Shown piece by piece: positions 23,581 to 36,365 of a stretch of 64,000 bases of DNA; position 1 is the first letter of the stretch, and every line of letters begins with the position of its first letter. The position numbers were made by a program, and so were the translations under genes. Under the pieces are notes generated by a model, which saw only the letters and a program-made list of their open reading frames with translations, made no database searches and was not told the origin of the DNA. This DNA comes from Harriotta raleighana (lineage: Eukaryota): the NCBI GenBank assembly GCA_050575255.1, contig JBNZDD010013534.1, positions 994,328-1,058,327 on the forward strand, in the 5' to 3' direction.

Positions 23581-24734
23581 AGTCACTGGCGCTTTGGGTC
23601 AGGAATAAAAGTTGTGTGTGCATTAAGAGACTTTTTATTTCAGAACTTTCTTCTAGAGTTTCAGCATCGGTTAGCCAGTAAAATGTCAGTTTGAATAACT
23701 CGGTTTCCTTATTTCACTATTAGGGAGAAATTCCACCAGGGTGAGGATTTCTTGGTATTTCAGAGCAATGAGCATTTAGTAAATTATTGAATTCAGTCTA
23801 AAACTTTCAAAAAAAATTCCGACAGTTTTTAAAAAGACCTGCAGAAAACTGGCTCCAAAATTAACGCTGCATTTAACAATTTACCAAATTCTGATTGCTT
23901 TAAAATAATACATAAATAGAGTAACTCCAGTTCCAGATGGCATCTGTACCCCAGTTCTATTCATGGTGTTTCTTTGCTTTGCAAGTTTCACAAAAGGATT
24001 CATTAGATGCTGATATTTCTGAGAATCAGTACGTGAGCAGAATCAAAGGTCGACATTTTGTGAATCCCACAAACTAAATGCCTGATGATAGTCATAAACA
24101 GGAAGTCAGAACTAATGTACCAGATCTGGTTTGTAAATAACACAAAAGCGGACCCAAATGTGTGCAGTCCAGATCTTCCATGTTCCTGTACTTACTAACT
24201 TTTTTAGTCCACAAGCAAAAGCAATTGTCACGTGGAATCTTTATCAATCACATGCTTCCTCCAGTGACTCGCTGGCCGCTTATTTCAGTAAATAAAGCTT
24301 TGTAAAAAGAAGTGTCATGCTTGCAATTACAGTTTCATTGCTGCAAGTGTCCCACAGATGTGGAGAACTCAGTGAAATGTGTCAGAATAAGCACCAGAAT
24401 CTGCAAATTGTCACATCCATCAGAGTCATTATATCCTGTGAATGCTTGTTGTCACTTTTTTCACTTACATTCCTCTGGAACACTATCTTATCATGTTTTC
24501 CACTGGTTGCGTACTTTTTTTTAAAAAGCGGGGGTGTCGTTACCATGGCAATGTGGCGTGCCGCGATAATTTCTAATATAGCACAGAGGTGGGTGCTGTG
24601 AGTGATCACATCAGCACATCGCTGACCACATCTGCTGCCTCGAATGCATTTTTCCACATCTTAATTGTAACAAAAACTCAAGGAGAAGCTACAAAAATAA
24701 TACGCAGAACAAGTTCACAGATGTGCAGCAGACA

Positions 24735-25200
24735 GACTGGCTGAGTCGGTAGCGCTTTTTGTCTGTGAGTCAGAATGTTGTGGGTTCAAGCATCAAAAAC
24801 GGGGCTTTTAGAATCAAATTGTCAAATGTGACACTCCAACGCAGTGCTGAGTCTGCGCTGAGTTGATAGAAAGATGTTGCCCTTCAGATGAGAAGTTAAA
24901 CCAAGGTGCCTGTTCAGGTGGATGTTAAAAAGCCCATGGCACTTTTCAAAAAGAGAAGGGAGTTTCCTCTGATGTTCTGGCCGAGAATTAAATAGATCAT
25001 TCACTTTCCTGATGTTTCTGAGACATATATGTGCATTAGTTGGTTACTACAACAACAACAACAAAATTAGATTTACAGTGCGCCTTTCATGTCAGGAGGA
25101 CGTCCCAAGACGCAATAATCACCTACTTAAAGTTACTCCATTTTACAGCTTTGAGACATCCCCCTAATGCCAAGTGCTGTATGAAACGTAAGAATTATTA
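24735..25200 (+). mobile_element. Deu-domain SINE (SacSINE/AmnSINE1-type core) interrupted by a minus-strand L2 tail (25048-25112)
   Basis: Head ctggctgagtcggtagcgc..gagtcagaatgttgtgggttcaagc; core cccttcagatgagaagttaaaccaaggtgcctgttcaggtggatgttaaaaagcccatggcact..gatgttctggcc. Confidence 0.8.
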
Positions 25201-28200
25201 ATATATTTACATATAGCTCCAGGCATCCATCATGGAACAATGCAGAACTGAGCCAGGCCCGATTAGCCACAATACAGTAATACCCCGCATTAACTCCCAA
25301 GAGTAAGGATTATTATTATTACGAATAACTCTCGCCTTTGGAATGGAGCAATGGAGTGGTGCAAAAAATGCATCTGGCTGTGTGAGAAGCCAGTGCCCCC
25401 TGTGTCAGATGTGTGATACTGCAACCATTAAACTCTCAGTGCCTTTGAGCTGCTGATCAAGAAGCATCTGTTTCGTATTTGTAATTCGCAAAAAAGGAAC
25501 TAGCTGTGGCAATGCGTTCACGTGGAGGAAGAAGCTATTTCTATTGTGCTTCTAGATAAATGGCTACACAGAGGAGGCTTTGCTACATTTTAATGCCCTC
25601 TGCATGCACTCGCGAGCAAACACTAGTAATAATGGGTTGCTACATTGTCATTATGTCTCTCTCTGCAATTAAAGAACAGCTGATTGCTTTCTTACAGTCT
25701 TTGTCCGTTGGTTAGAAGTCACGGATGTCGCAGGGAGGAAAAAAACACAGCAATTCAGCTGAGTGGCTCGTACCTCGATGCCACATCTGCAGCGAGTGCT
25801 CACAAACCATCTTCTTGGTAGCTTCACGGCGGCGTTTATAAGATTTTTTTTTAGCGGCCAACTTACTAATCGCCAGGCAAGTTTCCTGAATCATTTCGAG
25901 TAGTTTTCAGGANTTGTCATGATCCACGGCGGCGTTTATAAGATTTTTTTTTAGCGGCCAATTTACTAATCGCCAGGCAAGTTTCCTGAATCATTTCGAG
26001 TAGTTTTCAGGAAGATTATCAACTTTAGCATGTAAGTTTACAGCATTGTAAATAATCTTTTCAAAACTGGGGGTTTGTGTGTTGGGGTTAATCACCTTTT
26101 GAGGGTAAAGTTACCGCATTTTGGTATTATTCTCCAAGTTTTGGTAAATAGTCCACTTTCTAGCCATGAACTAACTCAAACGTCAATGAATTTCACTCCT
26201 GCGAGGGAAGGAACAGTCATACCTTTGTGTAATGTCACTTCCCTAAGCTATTGAGAAATTACCTGAAGCAAGACTGTGTTATATGGGCCCTTCTTATCTT
26301 GGGAATGTGACCTTGTAATCTCTTCCCCTCTCCATTTCACTTGCTTCTGTCTTGCAGGATATGAACCACCTATGGCTATGAAGTCTGGCACCAATTCCTA
26401 GGCCTCCCTACACCAATGTCACTCTGATCAGGTTGAACCGGAGGTGTACCCAGGAGGTTGGAAGGTTAATGGGAGATACATAATAGGATCTCGAAGATGA
26501 TTATTTCCCCAAACCTCACTCCTTGATGTTAATCTTGCTCCACTTGAGAGAGATACAGATTGGGATCTGAAGTAAATAGTGAAATGAAACTACACCTCAC
26601 CCTTCCATGATGCATATGATTGGTGCCAAACTTGTCTCTTTTTTTAAAAGGCAAAAGGACTTGTGGGGAAAATCAAGGATGTATGGACACCCTATTATAA
26701 ATCAAAATGGATAAATAGTGGAAGAACAATATAAAGGGCATAAGGTAGACCAGGAAATTGGGAGTAGAGTAAGTGAAGTAGGATTTACTTAAGTAGTCCA
26801 GGATAATTTCACCATTCAATCTCTTGCTAAATGCTACAATTTCTCTTTGCTTCTCTTATTGCCTCCTCCTCCCCCACCATACCTGTCAGGGGGAAAAACA
26901 GCACTCTATAAAATTCTTCCTGAAGGCAATCAAGTGAGCTCCAAAGGTGAGTTGAGACCCCAGCAATCAGCATTTTAACTAATTGAACCTGTAAGAACCA
27001 TACAACTAATACCAATGGTAGTGAGTATGGTACGGTTAGGCTCCTTGTTTATAGGTTCCAATTGAATCCAGCTGAAAAATCTGCCCAGACCTCTCTTGGA
27101 TGAGTGAATGCTAATGGCATGGCAAGTATCACTTGGAAGCCTGTTGCAGATGTCAGCCACTCTCTGTCTGTGGTAATAAAATTGGGAAGGATTTAATCAG
27201 ACCACAGAGTTAGTTCACTTCACCTTTCTTGCTCAAATATTGATTTAATACTGATTTTCAAATTTTTTAAGTTGAGAACACTTCGAAGACCCGAAAGTCA
27301 ATATTTTGTCTCTCGTTAAATTTTAAAAATTGGTGTCAGTCAAATTTCCCAGTTCAGGCCTGAAGGAGAAACCACTCTCCCTAGTTAGTCCCAAAGCAGT
27401 CAGTAAGCATTAAAGAAAGTTTCCAATAGATAAAGCAGTGAAATATAAGGAAAGGAATGAAGGTTGGACCCAATGCAATCTTGACCTGTCTGAGGGTGAC
27501 CTGAATAAGACTTCAAAATGTAATCCTACATGAAGGGAGGGCGCTGTCTATGTACACAAAGTTGTTGTTCTGTTTGAAGTTGGTATTTGCTACCAATAGC
27601 TTGCTCCACATGTGTTGCTTTTGCTTCAGGCAAAGAGATATTTTACTTTGATTTTTTTTATTACAATACAAAATGACATTTGTATAGCAGCATCTTTCGC
27701 TTTGGGAGGACGTCCCAAAGTATGTAATTGGGTACATTGATGTTTAGTGCATTTGTGCTTTAAAGCAGAAGGTGTGATGTAACCTACTACAGTACAAAGT
27801 GCGAGCAGTGTCAGCCTATTCAGCTCTACAACTCCATTTGTGTTGCCAGGTAGTGACCCGAGGGAACTTCCACTTGGCCAGTGTCTTGTCACCATCATGA
27901 TTAGTTTGGAGTATCAGCATATAATGGAAACTACTGAGTGCTGAACCACTTCCTCTTTCACAACACTTCAGAAATCTGTAATACCTGGGATCATTGTGTG
28001 ACTTGCTGGACTCTTACACCAGTAGCAATGATTGATATTAGTTTAGTACAACTGGACATTGTGTATTAATGCACTCTCTCACACTGTCAGGTCCCATCAA
28101 TACCATCGCTAAATAATATAATCAGCAGTTTTTTAAAATTATACTTGATTTTGTGCCTTTCACACTGGGAGGACATCTGTAGGATTTACTAGTAAAGTGT

Positions 28201-29714
28201 AGTGACTGTGTATTTTGTAAGTGAAAGCAGCAAACAACCGTGAAAGCAAATCGTTTCCAGGAAATAAAACAACAGAAATAGAAATAGTCAAAAGGGGTTG
28301 GTTAATTGTTTGAGTTTTGGGTCCTGATGATATCACCCCATTAGTAAGAGTATTCTGTAATTTTTATTTCAAAGCACAGCTAAGGGANAAATGGGTCCTG
28401 ATGATATCACCCCATTAGTAAGAGTATTCTGTAATTTTTATTTCAAAGCACAGCTAAGGGACAAGCAGCAGGAGAGGCTTAAGGCATCTTTAGAACCCTG
28501 TAATCAGTTCAGAGACAGGATCCTCCCCAGTGGAAGCCATTTTGAGGCACTTAAATGACAATGCTATGTCAGAGACGTGTCGTTTGCTTTTTTCCCCCGC
28601 ACTCTCTCTGTCCGTGTGTTCTTTTCTTTAAATTGGTTTCCAAATTAACTACAGCTGCAAAAGCCAGGTGCTGCTCTCCCTTCAGAAAGAACAGGAAATT
28701 ATGAAATACAGATTCGGAGAATGTGATGGGTGTCAGCCCTAGCACTGTGTGTGAGGTCAGTCCATCCACCTGGTGCACAATTGATCAGCAGAAACAGATT
28801 GTGAGCAAAGTATTAGAATACAAAGATGGCACTTTGTCTCAAACAATAGCAATTTCAGTACTGACTGCACCAAACATAAGAAAAGGGAAACAGCTATTTT
28901 AATATAAAGCTTTTGTCGTCAGTCAAAAGAGATTAATCCTATGAGCAACAGTTTCTAATTAATTCTGTTCTTCAGGCACTTTCCTCCCTTGGCCTTGAAT
29001 TTACTCCTATGTTTGTTCGTCTGCTGCGATTTTTTTTTTAGAAACAATTATTTTCCACGCCGAAAGGTTTCTCTTTAGCACAAATTACTTTTTTAAAAAA
29101 AANACAAATTACTTTTTTTTAAAAAAAGAAAGTCCCCCCAGAACAAAATTAAACGGTTCTGTATTTCCAGCAATTCAAAATCAGCAAAATATTTTGGTGA
29201 AATGCAAAAGGCCCACAGTAATGAATTACCATTGAGACAGCACACAGTTCTCAACACTTGTAGTTAATTCAAATGTTACACACACATTATTAACAATTAT
29301 AATAATAAACTGTTTCAAATGCTTTCACAACTTTGGTTCAAAAATGCATAGCTCTTATTCCCCAGCACATAGAGCACACATGGCTCCAGCATAAATACCA
29401 ATCTGTTTGCAAAAAATAAAGCAACCTTTTTTTTTTTCTCTAGCGTTTGACTTTATGCAGGTGAAAACCCCAAATAAAACTACATTTTTACTTGATGCAA
29501 ATGGTTTTGATCCTTTTTATCTTCAGTTGTTAGTAACTTGTGATGAATCGGGATGGAAATGAATTTTTGAGATGTGGGGCAAAGACATTGAGATGAAACA
29601 CCGATCAGATTTTTCGCGACTTTGGTTTGTTTTAAAGATTTTTTTTCACAACAGAGTGCGCATAGGACTCCACCACATGTACGGATCTATTTGAAATTAA
29701 TACGACAACAGCTT

Positions 29715-30257
29715 TATGGAATGTATCTCGATCTGTGGCCAGGGCTCTCTCTGTCTCCTCGTTCTTCTTGATCTCTCTGCTGCCTTTGACATTGTTGATT
29801 ACTCCACACTTGTCCACGGCTTTACCTCTCAGCTCCCCCATCTCTGTCCTTGTTTCATTCTTACCTTTCTCACGGTATTCACTTTGTCTCTTCAAACGGC
29901 TCCTCCTCCCTCCCTGCACTATCACGTGCAGCATTCCATAGGGTTCTTCTCTTTAACATCCACACACTCCTACTCTTTGATGTCATCCGTAGGAATGCTG
30001 TTAACTTCCACATGTATGCAGGTGACACTCTGCCTCCAGCTAGGACCACTGCTGTTCCCACTAATTATCTGTCAGACATCAAGTCCTGCATGAGGGCTAA
30101 CTTTCTGCAGTTGAATGTCAACAAGACAGAGGCCCTCCAACTTGGTTCTCGTCAGCATCTTCCCACCTCAGACACTGAGAACATCACTGTACATGGATGC
30201 ACACTCCACCTCACCAGACGAGTGCGGAAGCTCAGTGTTTTGTTCGACTCTCAACTG
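29715..30257 (+). mobile_element. L2 ORF2 RT fragment
   Basis: LLVLLDLSAAFDIVDYSTL; VNFHMYAGDT (decayed YADD); LSDIKSCMRANFLQLNVNKTEAL; VRKLSVLFDSQL. Confidence 0.9.
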
Positions 30258-30594
30258 TAAAAATTTGCTAGGCGAAAGAATAGCAAACAATATATTGTAG
30301 CGCAAGATATTATTTCCTAACAGAAATGTATCTCATGATCTTTTAAAGAATCAACACTTTCTGCTTCCACCGTTTCTATAGGATGCATATTCCATACAAC
30401 AACAAAATTACATTTGTATAATTCTTATATTTGATAGCACCTTTCACGTTGAAAGGATGCACCATATCTTTTCTACTCAATCACTGAAGTAGTGTTTCCA
30501 CTGATTTGTTCTGAATCTAACCTCTCTCAATCAGTCCTTTGGTTCTACTGTTCATTACAAGATAAAGCAGCTTATCATGGTCTACATTCTCTAT

Positions 30595-30933
30595 AAAAAT
30601 CCTTATATTTGATATAGCGCCTCATCACGTTATCAAGCCTCTCAAAGCGCTTCAAAGCTATAAAATGAATTGACTGTATATTTGTGGATGAAACCGGGCA
30701 GTCAATTATGCACAGCAGCGTCCCTAAAATAATCGTGATCAAATTTTTTTCAAAACTTTTTTTGAAGGAATTCTTATCCCTGGAAAAGCAATCTGCCAAT
30801 CAACTAATAACTGGCTTCCTACTAAACAGGCATTTGGTGTAAGAAAACTTGCCTAAGGTTTCACCCGGCCCAGGAATCAAACACAAGTTCTGTCACTTGC
30901 AAGGCAAGTGCTCTAACCACTAAGTAACAGGCC
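30595..30933 (-). mobile_element. Full-length tRNA-derived SINE
   Basis: tttgatatagcgcc..aaacttgcctaagg..ggaatcaaac..gtgctctaaccact. Confidence 0.8.
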
Positions 30934-30949
30934 ATAATCACATCCCTCC

Positions 30950-31790
30950 TCAACGACATATAAACTCAACATCCATGACTCTCAGTTTTTCACACCATCC
31001 ACAGTACCTCTACGCTCAGGCTGCCACATTCAGCACATCCACGATAGAATATGCTAACTATCTGCTTTCCAGACTACCCACTTCTTCCTTCACAAGCATC
31101 AGATTATCCAGAATTCTGCATATTGTGTTGTTTCCCTCACCAGGCTCTTTCAGCCTATTGCCTCCATCCTCACCTGGTTCCACTGGTCCCTCAGCAGATC
31201 CTAACCTCTAAGTCCCTCCCTAGCTGTTGTCCCACACTAGCTGTGCAACCTGTGCAATCTGCTGAAACCCTACAAACCTGGCTGTTCCTTCCACGCAGTG
31301 GGCACTCGCCTGTTTCAAGTCCCCCGCCCTACCCACTCCACCATCAGGAGTCTGGCTCCCGCTCTTTGGCATTTCATCCAGAGTCCCTTCCCCTCACCCC
31401 TTTTTTACTCTCCTACAATGTCCACCTCAAGACATGCCTCTTTGACTGCGCTATCTTTTCCCTCAATCCCCACCCCCAGCCTGGGTCCAAACTCTGGACG
31501 ACCCAGCACCTTGGGGCATTCTCCTTATGTGAAACCTGCCATATATTTGTAAATTTGTATTGTGTAATTTTATTGAGAGCTTTCAGCCATCCCTTGTTCT
31601 CTGCAACTCCATTCCGAGTCTCCACACCTTGCTCCTATCTTGCCTCCTCCAAAACCTTTTCTCTATTTGTTTCTCCCACTCCCCTCTATCAGCTGCCCCT
31701 CCCCTTTCGTGCCCATCTTAGTCTCAGAGTCAATTGTTGAAGTACTTTAACATGTCCTCCTGAAATGAAAGGTGCTATGATAACCTCAAG
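30950..31790 (+). mobile_element. L2 C-terminal and 3' fragments (two tails)
   Basis: ANYLLSRLP.. region, HLKTCLFDCAI, tails near 31500-31565 and 31735-31790. Confidence 0.7.
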
Positions 31791-32669
31791 TCCATCATTC
31801 TGACCTATGAGAATCTACAACCTGCATATGGAGCAGGGCTCCTGTGGATTGACATGAATTCTAAAAAGGATGTCTTATTAAGGAATTTCCATGGAGAAAG
31901 ACCACAAATCATACTGTATAATTCCCATATCTGTGGATTTGTCCTTCAAACAGAATCAACCATTGCTCTGAAATTATACAGCGTTTTAGGAAAGCAATAG
32001 AAGAAAATAAGCCCAAAAGACAGTACTGTCAGAATTTTTTTCAAAAAATTAAAGTGTGTTGTACCAAAACCCCCAATGTCGTATTAATAGCAGAATTTTT
32101 AAAAAGTTGTTGTGTGCTAAGTGTGATAAGTTGTTACTTTTTAAAAAAAAACTGTTTTAATTTGCATTAAAAATGTTCCATTTACTTATCAGTGATACCA
32201 CAGCCTGGGTATGAAATTTTAAGATAAAGGTATGCTGTCCAAATCAGTTATCTATCACGGGAACTCACTCGCAATTTCCATGGTTTCTGCTCTGCTATGT
32301 TTTTCAATGGAGCAGAAGTAAAGACAATAACCTTATCATGTTAGAGACAGAGTTCTAGCAAGAGCTAATCTTTTCTATTGCTTAAAGGAGAAAGATTAAA
32401 AGAAACCATTTTTAAATTCTGTGGCAAGAGTGCATATATTAAACACTGTACAAGATGATGGTAATTAAAGAATACAGGTAGTGCGGAGGCATTGGAAATA
32501 GCCAGGCAGCTGCAAAGCTCTGCACTTCAGTTAGAGTTAGAAAAATTAAACAGAGGGATATTAATGAATACAAGTCCATAAATGCACAGACACGTTCAGT
32601 CTCTGAATAATGTGTATTTGTTTGTTGAGAAAGCCAGTCTGGTTTAATAAGGAGATTAACCACAAGGGA

Positions 32670-32780
32670 TATGGGGCAATGGCGGGTAATTGGAGATGAG
32701 GTACAGATCAGCCATGATCTAATAGAATGGCGGAACAGACTTATGGGCTGAATTACCGGCTCCTGTTTCCTATATTCCAT
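32670..32780 (+). mobile_element. CR1 3' end
   Basis: gtacagatcagccatgatctaatagaatggcggaacag..gggctgaatt..ctcctgtttcctat. Confidence 0.75.
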
Positions 32781-32982
32781 TTTTAAACCATTTTTTTTAT
32801 CTCTGAAATGTTCTTGACAAGTATTTAGGGCAATTCCTCATTGGTTTCAATTGACCAGCTCAATTGATACCGAGGCAGAGAGGGATACCAGCTCGATCAA
32901 GTGGGGAGAGATCTGAAACAATTTGACAGTCAACCAGGAAAATCGATGTGTAAAGGAGTGCTAAGATTTCTAGTGCCTAAAA

Positions 32983-33157
32983 AATAATAAATTGGTCATT
33001 TCAATCCATGACTGTTTGTGGGACACAACTGTGCTCAATTGGCTGCCACATTTCGCCCACATATGTACAGTCAATTCACTTTATTCTGTGAAGCGCTTTG
33101 AGACGTCTGGCAGACGTGAAGAGTGATATCTCAAACACAATGATTATTATTATTATT
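32983..33157 (+). mobile_element. tRNA-SINE family, 3' half
   Basis: ttggtcatttcaatccatgactgtttgtgggacac..gtgaagcgctttgagacgtc..gattattattatt. Confidence 0.8.
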
Positions 33158-35214
33158 TAACAACTATTTAAAATCGGTGTCCTGTGGTTACCGACCCACT
33201 CATCGGTGTAAATAGTTTTTCCAGGTTCACCCTATCCAATCCCTGATCAATTTGAAAATTCCTATTAAGTCTTCTCTAATCCTAGCTTCTCTAGCCTTGC
33301 CTGAAAAGCGCTATATCAAATGCAAATATTATTATTATTCAGTCTCAGTTATCCATCATTATCCAGCATTACTCAAGTTTGCTTTAGTTATTTGCCTTAA
33401 TGAATTCCACCTTGGAGTCCCTCCGACTTTCTCTCTCTAACCTCTCTTTCGAGGCACATCTCCCAACATATTTCTTTGAGCTTCTGGTCATCTTTCATCT
33501 TCCCACCCCGTATCTATCCTATCCTACCCTAGCTTGTGTACCCATACAGATCTGTGAATGTGCTTTGGGATGTGCTCCCAATGTGAAAGGCACTTTATAA
33601 ATGTAAATTGCATTGTATTACATTGTATTGCCTGGTTTTCACTGAGGTCATTATATGGTTGGCTTCACTGTGGCAGGGCATTTCATCCTTGTGAGAGAGA
33701 GAATGCAAAGAGTTGCAAGCGATCTCTACAGAAGGTATTTTTCCTATTAACCGATGAATGAATGTTATTAGCAATAGCTGCAGAGACCTCCAAAGAATGT
33801 CCCATCCTCCATTACAGGAAGACTTGAAATTCTACCTGTGAGACTACTTTACTTTTAAAGTGGAAACTGTGCAGAATTCTTAGATTCAGTCCTAATTTGG
33901 AAGCTAGTTTTCCAGAGTTCTTAGATGGAACAGCTTCTAAATTAAGGCTGAATTTAAATTTTTGATCATCATTTTTAAGTCAAAATGGTTTAACAGACTA
34001 AGACAAGGTGCAATTTCGAGCCTTAGCGAGGTGTTGCTAAGCACTGGTGAGGTCCACGGAGTGATAGAAGAGCAGTCAAGTGCCTCACTAAAGTGAAAAC
34101 ATGAAACTAAGTGCAGATTATCAGACACATTCAGTTACTCAGTTCTGCATTTTTGGTGAGAAGTGACCACATGACAAAGCTGCACCATCAAAAACTAGGC
34201 TTGAAAATTTTAACATTTTGCCTTTGCTGTGGTTAATTTCAAAGAAACAAAATAAAGAATAGTCTGTCACAGCTCAGCTCCCTCCAATAATGGTTTATCA
34301 GTGACTATTGGCTTATTATCTGCTTCTGGTGATAAGTGATAGTGAGAGAAGCTGCTTCTTCCTGATTCCGAACAGAGTAAAATCCCACTGTTTTCATGCT
34401 GTCAACATGCACTAATTGCAATCCAATTGTTTGCAATACCTAACCAATACACTTGACATGTCACATCATACATTCTCCTAGCTCTTATGCTGGAAAGCAG
34501 CCCAGCACTAGTACAATTGCTGAGCCACATGTAAATTATATATCCATTAGTTTAGCCATTGCTGGAATACGTATTGTGGCTGCAGCTGTCATACAGGCTT
34601 TCTGCTTGCAAGACTGGGGGTGGGGAAACAACATAAAGGAAACACATGCTTATATTGGAGCCAGCTCTATTCTTTACACACACTGTGAAGAAGGTACTGT
34701 CACACTTGCTATTGTCAAAGGTCATTTCTCCCCCGCATTAGCATGTCCTTTCATGCAGAAGGAGACCCAGCTGCAAGACCAGATGTTGCTCAGGGCATTT
34801 TCTTTGAAGGTCAGTGAAAGGGTCACTGGGTAGTCACTGGGCATCCTGGGCAGAGGCAATAGGTAGTCGAGTTGGTAAATACACAGAATGAAAAGAGAAT
34901 ACTGTCTTTCAAAGACGTTGGGTTGATGGCAAGTGCTGAAGAGCTGTTACAGAATGATACATTGAAAGCCATGAAAGGCTACAAAGCTAGGCAATTGTTA
35001 CACCCACAAGTTACATCTCACAGAAGTGCATTTTCCCTTACATGCATCTTGAACTACTCCGAATTTGTAATTCTTGCAGTGATTTGTAATTTATGGAACA
35101 AGAAGCCAACATGTAGCCAGGGGCAACATTTACTGTCAAACTTCATCAGCAAATTGAAATATTTGGCCAGGTTCAAATTTTCCTTAATTTTCATTAAAAA
35201 AAACTTAACCTTCC

Positions 35215-35330
35215 CTGCTCCAAAGAAACTAATTCTAGCTTCTCTCACCTCTCCTGATTCCATTCCTGGTACTATCCTGGTAAATCTCCTTTGCACCCTC
35301 TCCAATGCCTTGACATCCTTCCGAAAGTCC
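35215..35330 (-). mobile_element. CR1 ORF2 fragment
   Basis: Minus strand reads KDVKALERVQRRFTRIVPGM. Confidence 0.8.
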
Positions 35331-35686
35331 TTGACTCAAGATTCAGTGCAAGACATAATTGTTTTTAGTAACTGTGTTGCTAAAGATGGTAAACAATGAA
35401 ATATTTGCAGAAACAAACACAATCAATAAGGTATATGAAGAGAAAAAATACTCTTAAATTATAGAGCGTAAGTAGATCAGACATTTGACTTTCTTAATTT
35501 TATACCATGTACATCCACCTAGGCAGGCAAATGGAACTTTTGTTAATAGCCCCAGCATTGTACCATAATGTCTGCCTAGACTGCATGATTTCCAATACCT
35601 GACATGAGGTTTAAACCCACAACCTTCTCTCTCAGAGATGAGAATGCTGCCAACTGAACCTGGCTGACACACAAAACACATTTACT

Positions 35687-36365
35687 AACAACAAAAACAA
35701 CAACAACTTGCATTTATATAGTGCCCTGCACCCAAGCGCTTAACAGTGGGAGAACCTGAGGCTAAGCCCAGAGGATGAAAGAGGTGACTGTCAAGATAGT
35801 CAAAGGGGAAGGTCTTCAGTTATGATCTAAAAGAGGATGCAAGGCAGAAGGATTGGAGGAGAGAGGCACAACGCTTTGCAGCATACTGGTGATGATGCAG
35901 CTGATGATGCGGCTGCTGATGGTGGAGAGAAGAGAATGAAGGACAAGCAGGAGGTCAGAGATGGCCGAACAGAGGTAGTTGGTAGTGGGGAGAAAGCGGG
36001 TCAGAAAAATAGGGCGGTATCAGGACTGGAAGCAATTTGTAGACAAGTGAAAGGATCTTGTAATTGATCTTTTTTGTGAGAGAGTCAGTGGAACCTGGTG
36101 AGCACTGGTGTGATGGGGATACAGATTTTAGTGTGGGTGAGAATACATTTGGGTGACGGAATTCAGAATCAGTTGTAGTTTGTGGTGAGTGGAGCTGGGG
36201 TGACTGGTGAGGAGGGCATTGGAATAATCAAACAACAAGGTTGTGGTTGAGGGTAGTGGCTGTGTTGGGGGTGAGGTACAGTCGGAGGCGAGCAATGTGA
36301 CAGAGGTGGAGCAAAGTGGTCTTTGTTAGGGACCAGATGTGGAAGAGGAAGGACAGCTGGAGGTA
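35687..36365 (-). mobile_element. L2 3' fragment
   Basis: caacaacttgcatttatatagtgcc tail, followed by purine-rich antisense L2 ORF2 C-terminal sequence. Confidence 0.7.

Noticed and set aside
26341-26400. Strong acceptor cttctgtcttgcag followed by GYEPPMAMKSGTNS*
   Set aside because: All three frames close within 15 codons and there is no supporting donor or homology, so it cannot be supported as a coding exon.
28319-28461. ~69-bp perfect tandem duplication
   Set aside because: The copies flank a single N (28388), typical of a contig-overlap artefact; the same applies to the short one at N 29103.
31051-31740. Longest ORF in the track (229 aa)
   Set aside because: Mostly an out-of-frame read through pyrimidine-rich L2 remnants, which are poor in stop codons; it is not a gene.
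34453-35399. Adjacent 126-aa and 175-aa ORFs
   Set aside because: No recognisable domain or splice structure, and the second runs into an antisense CR1 fragment; consistent with chance.
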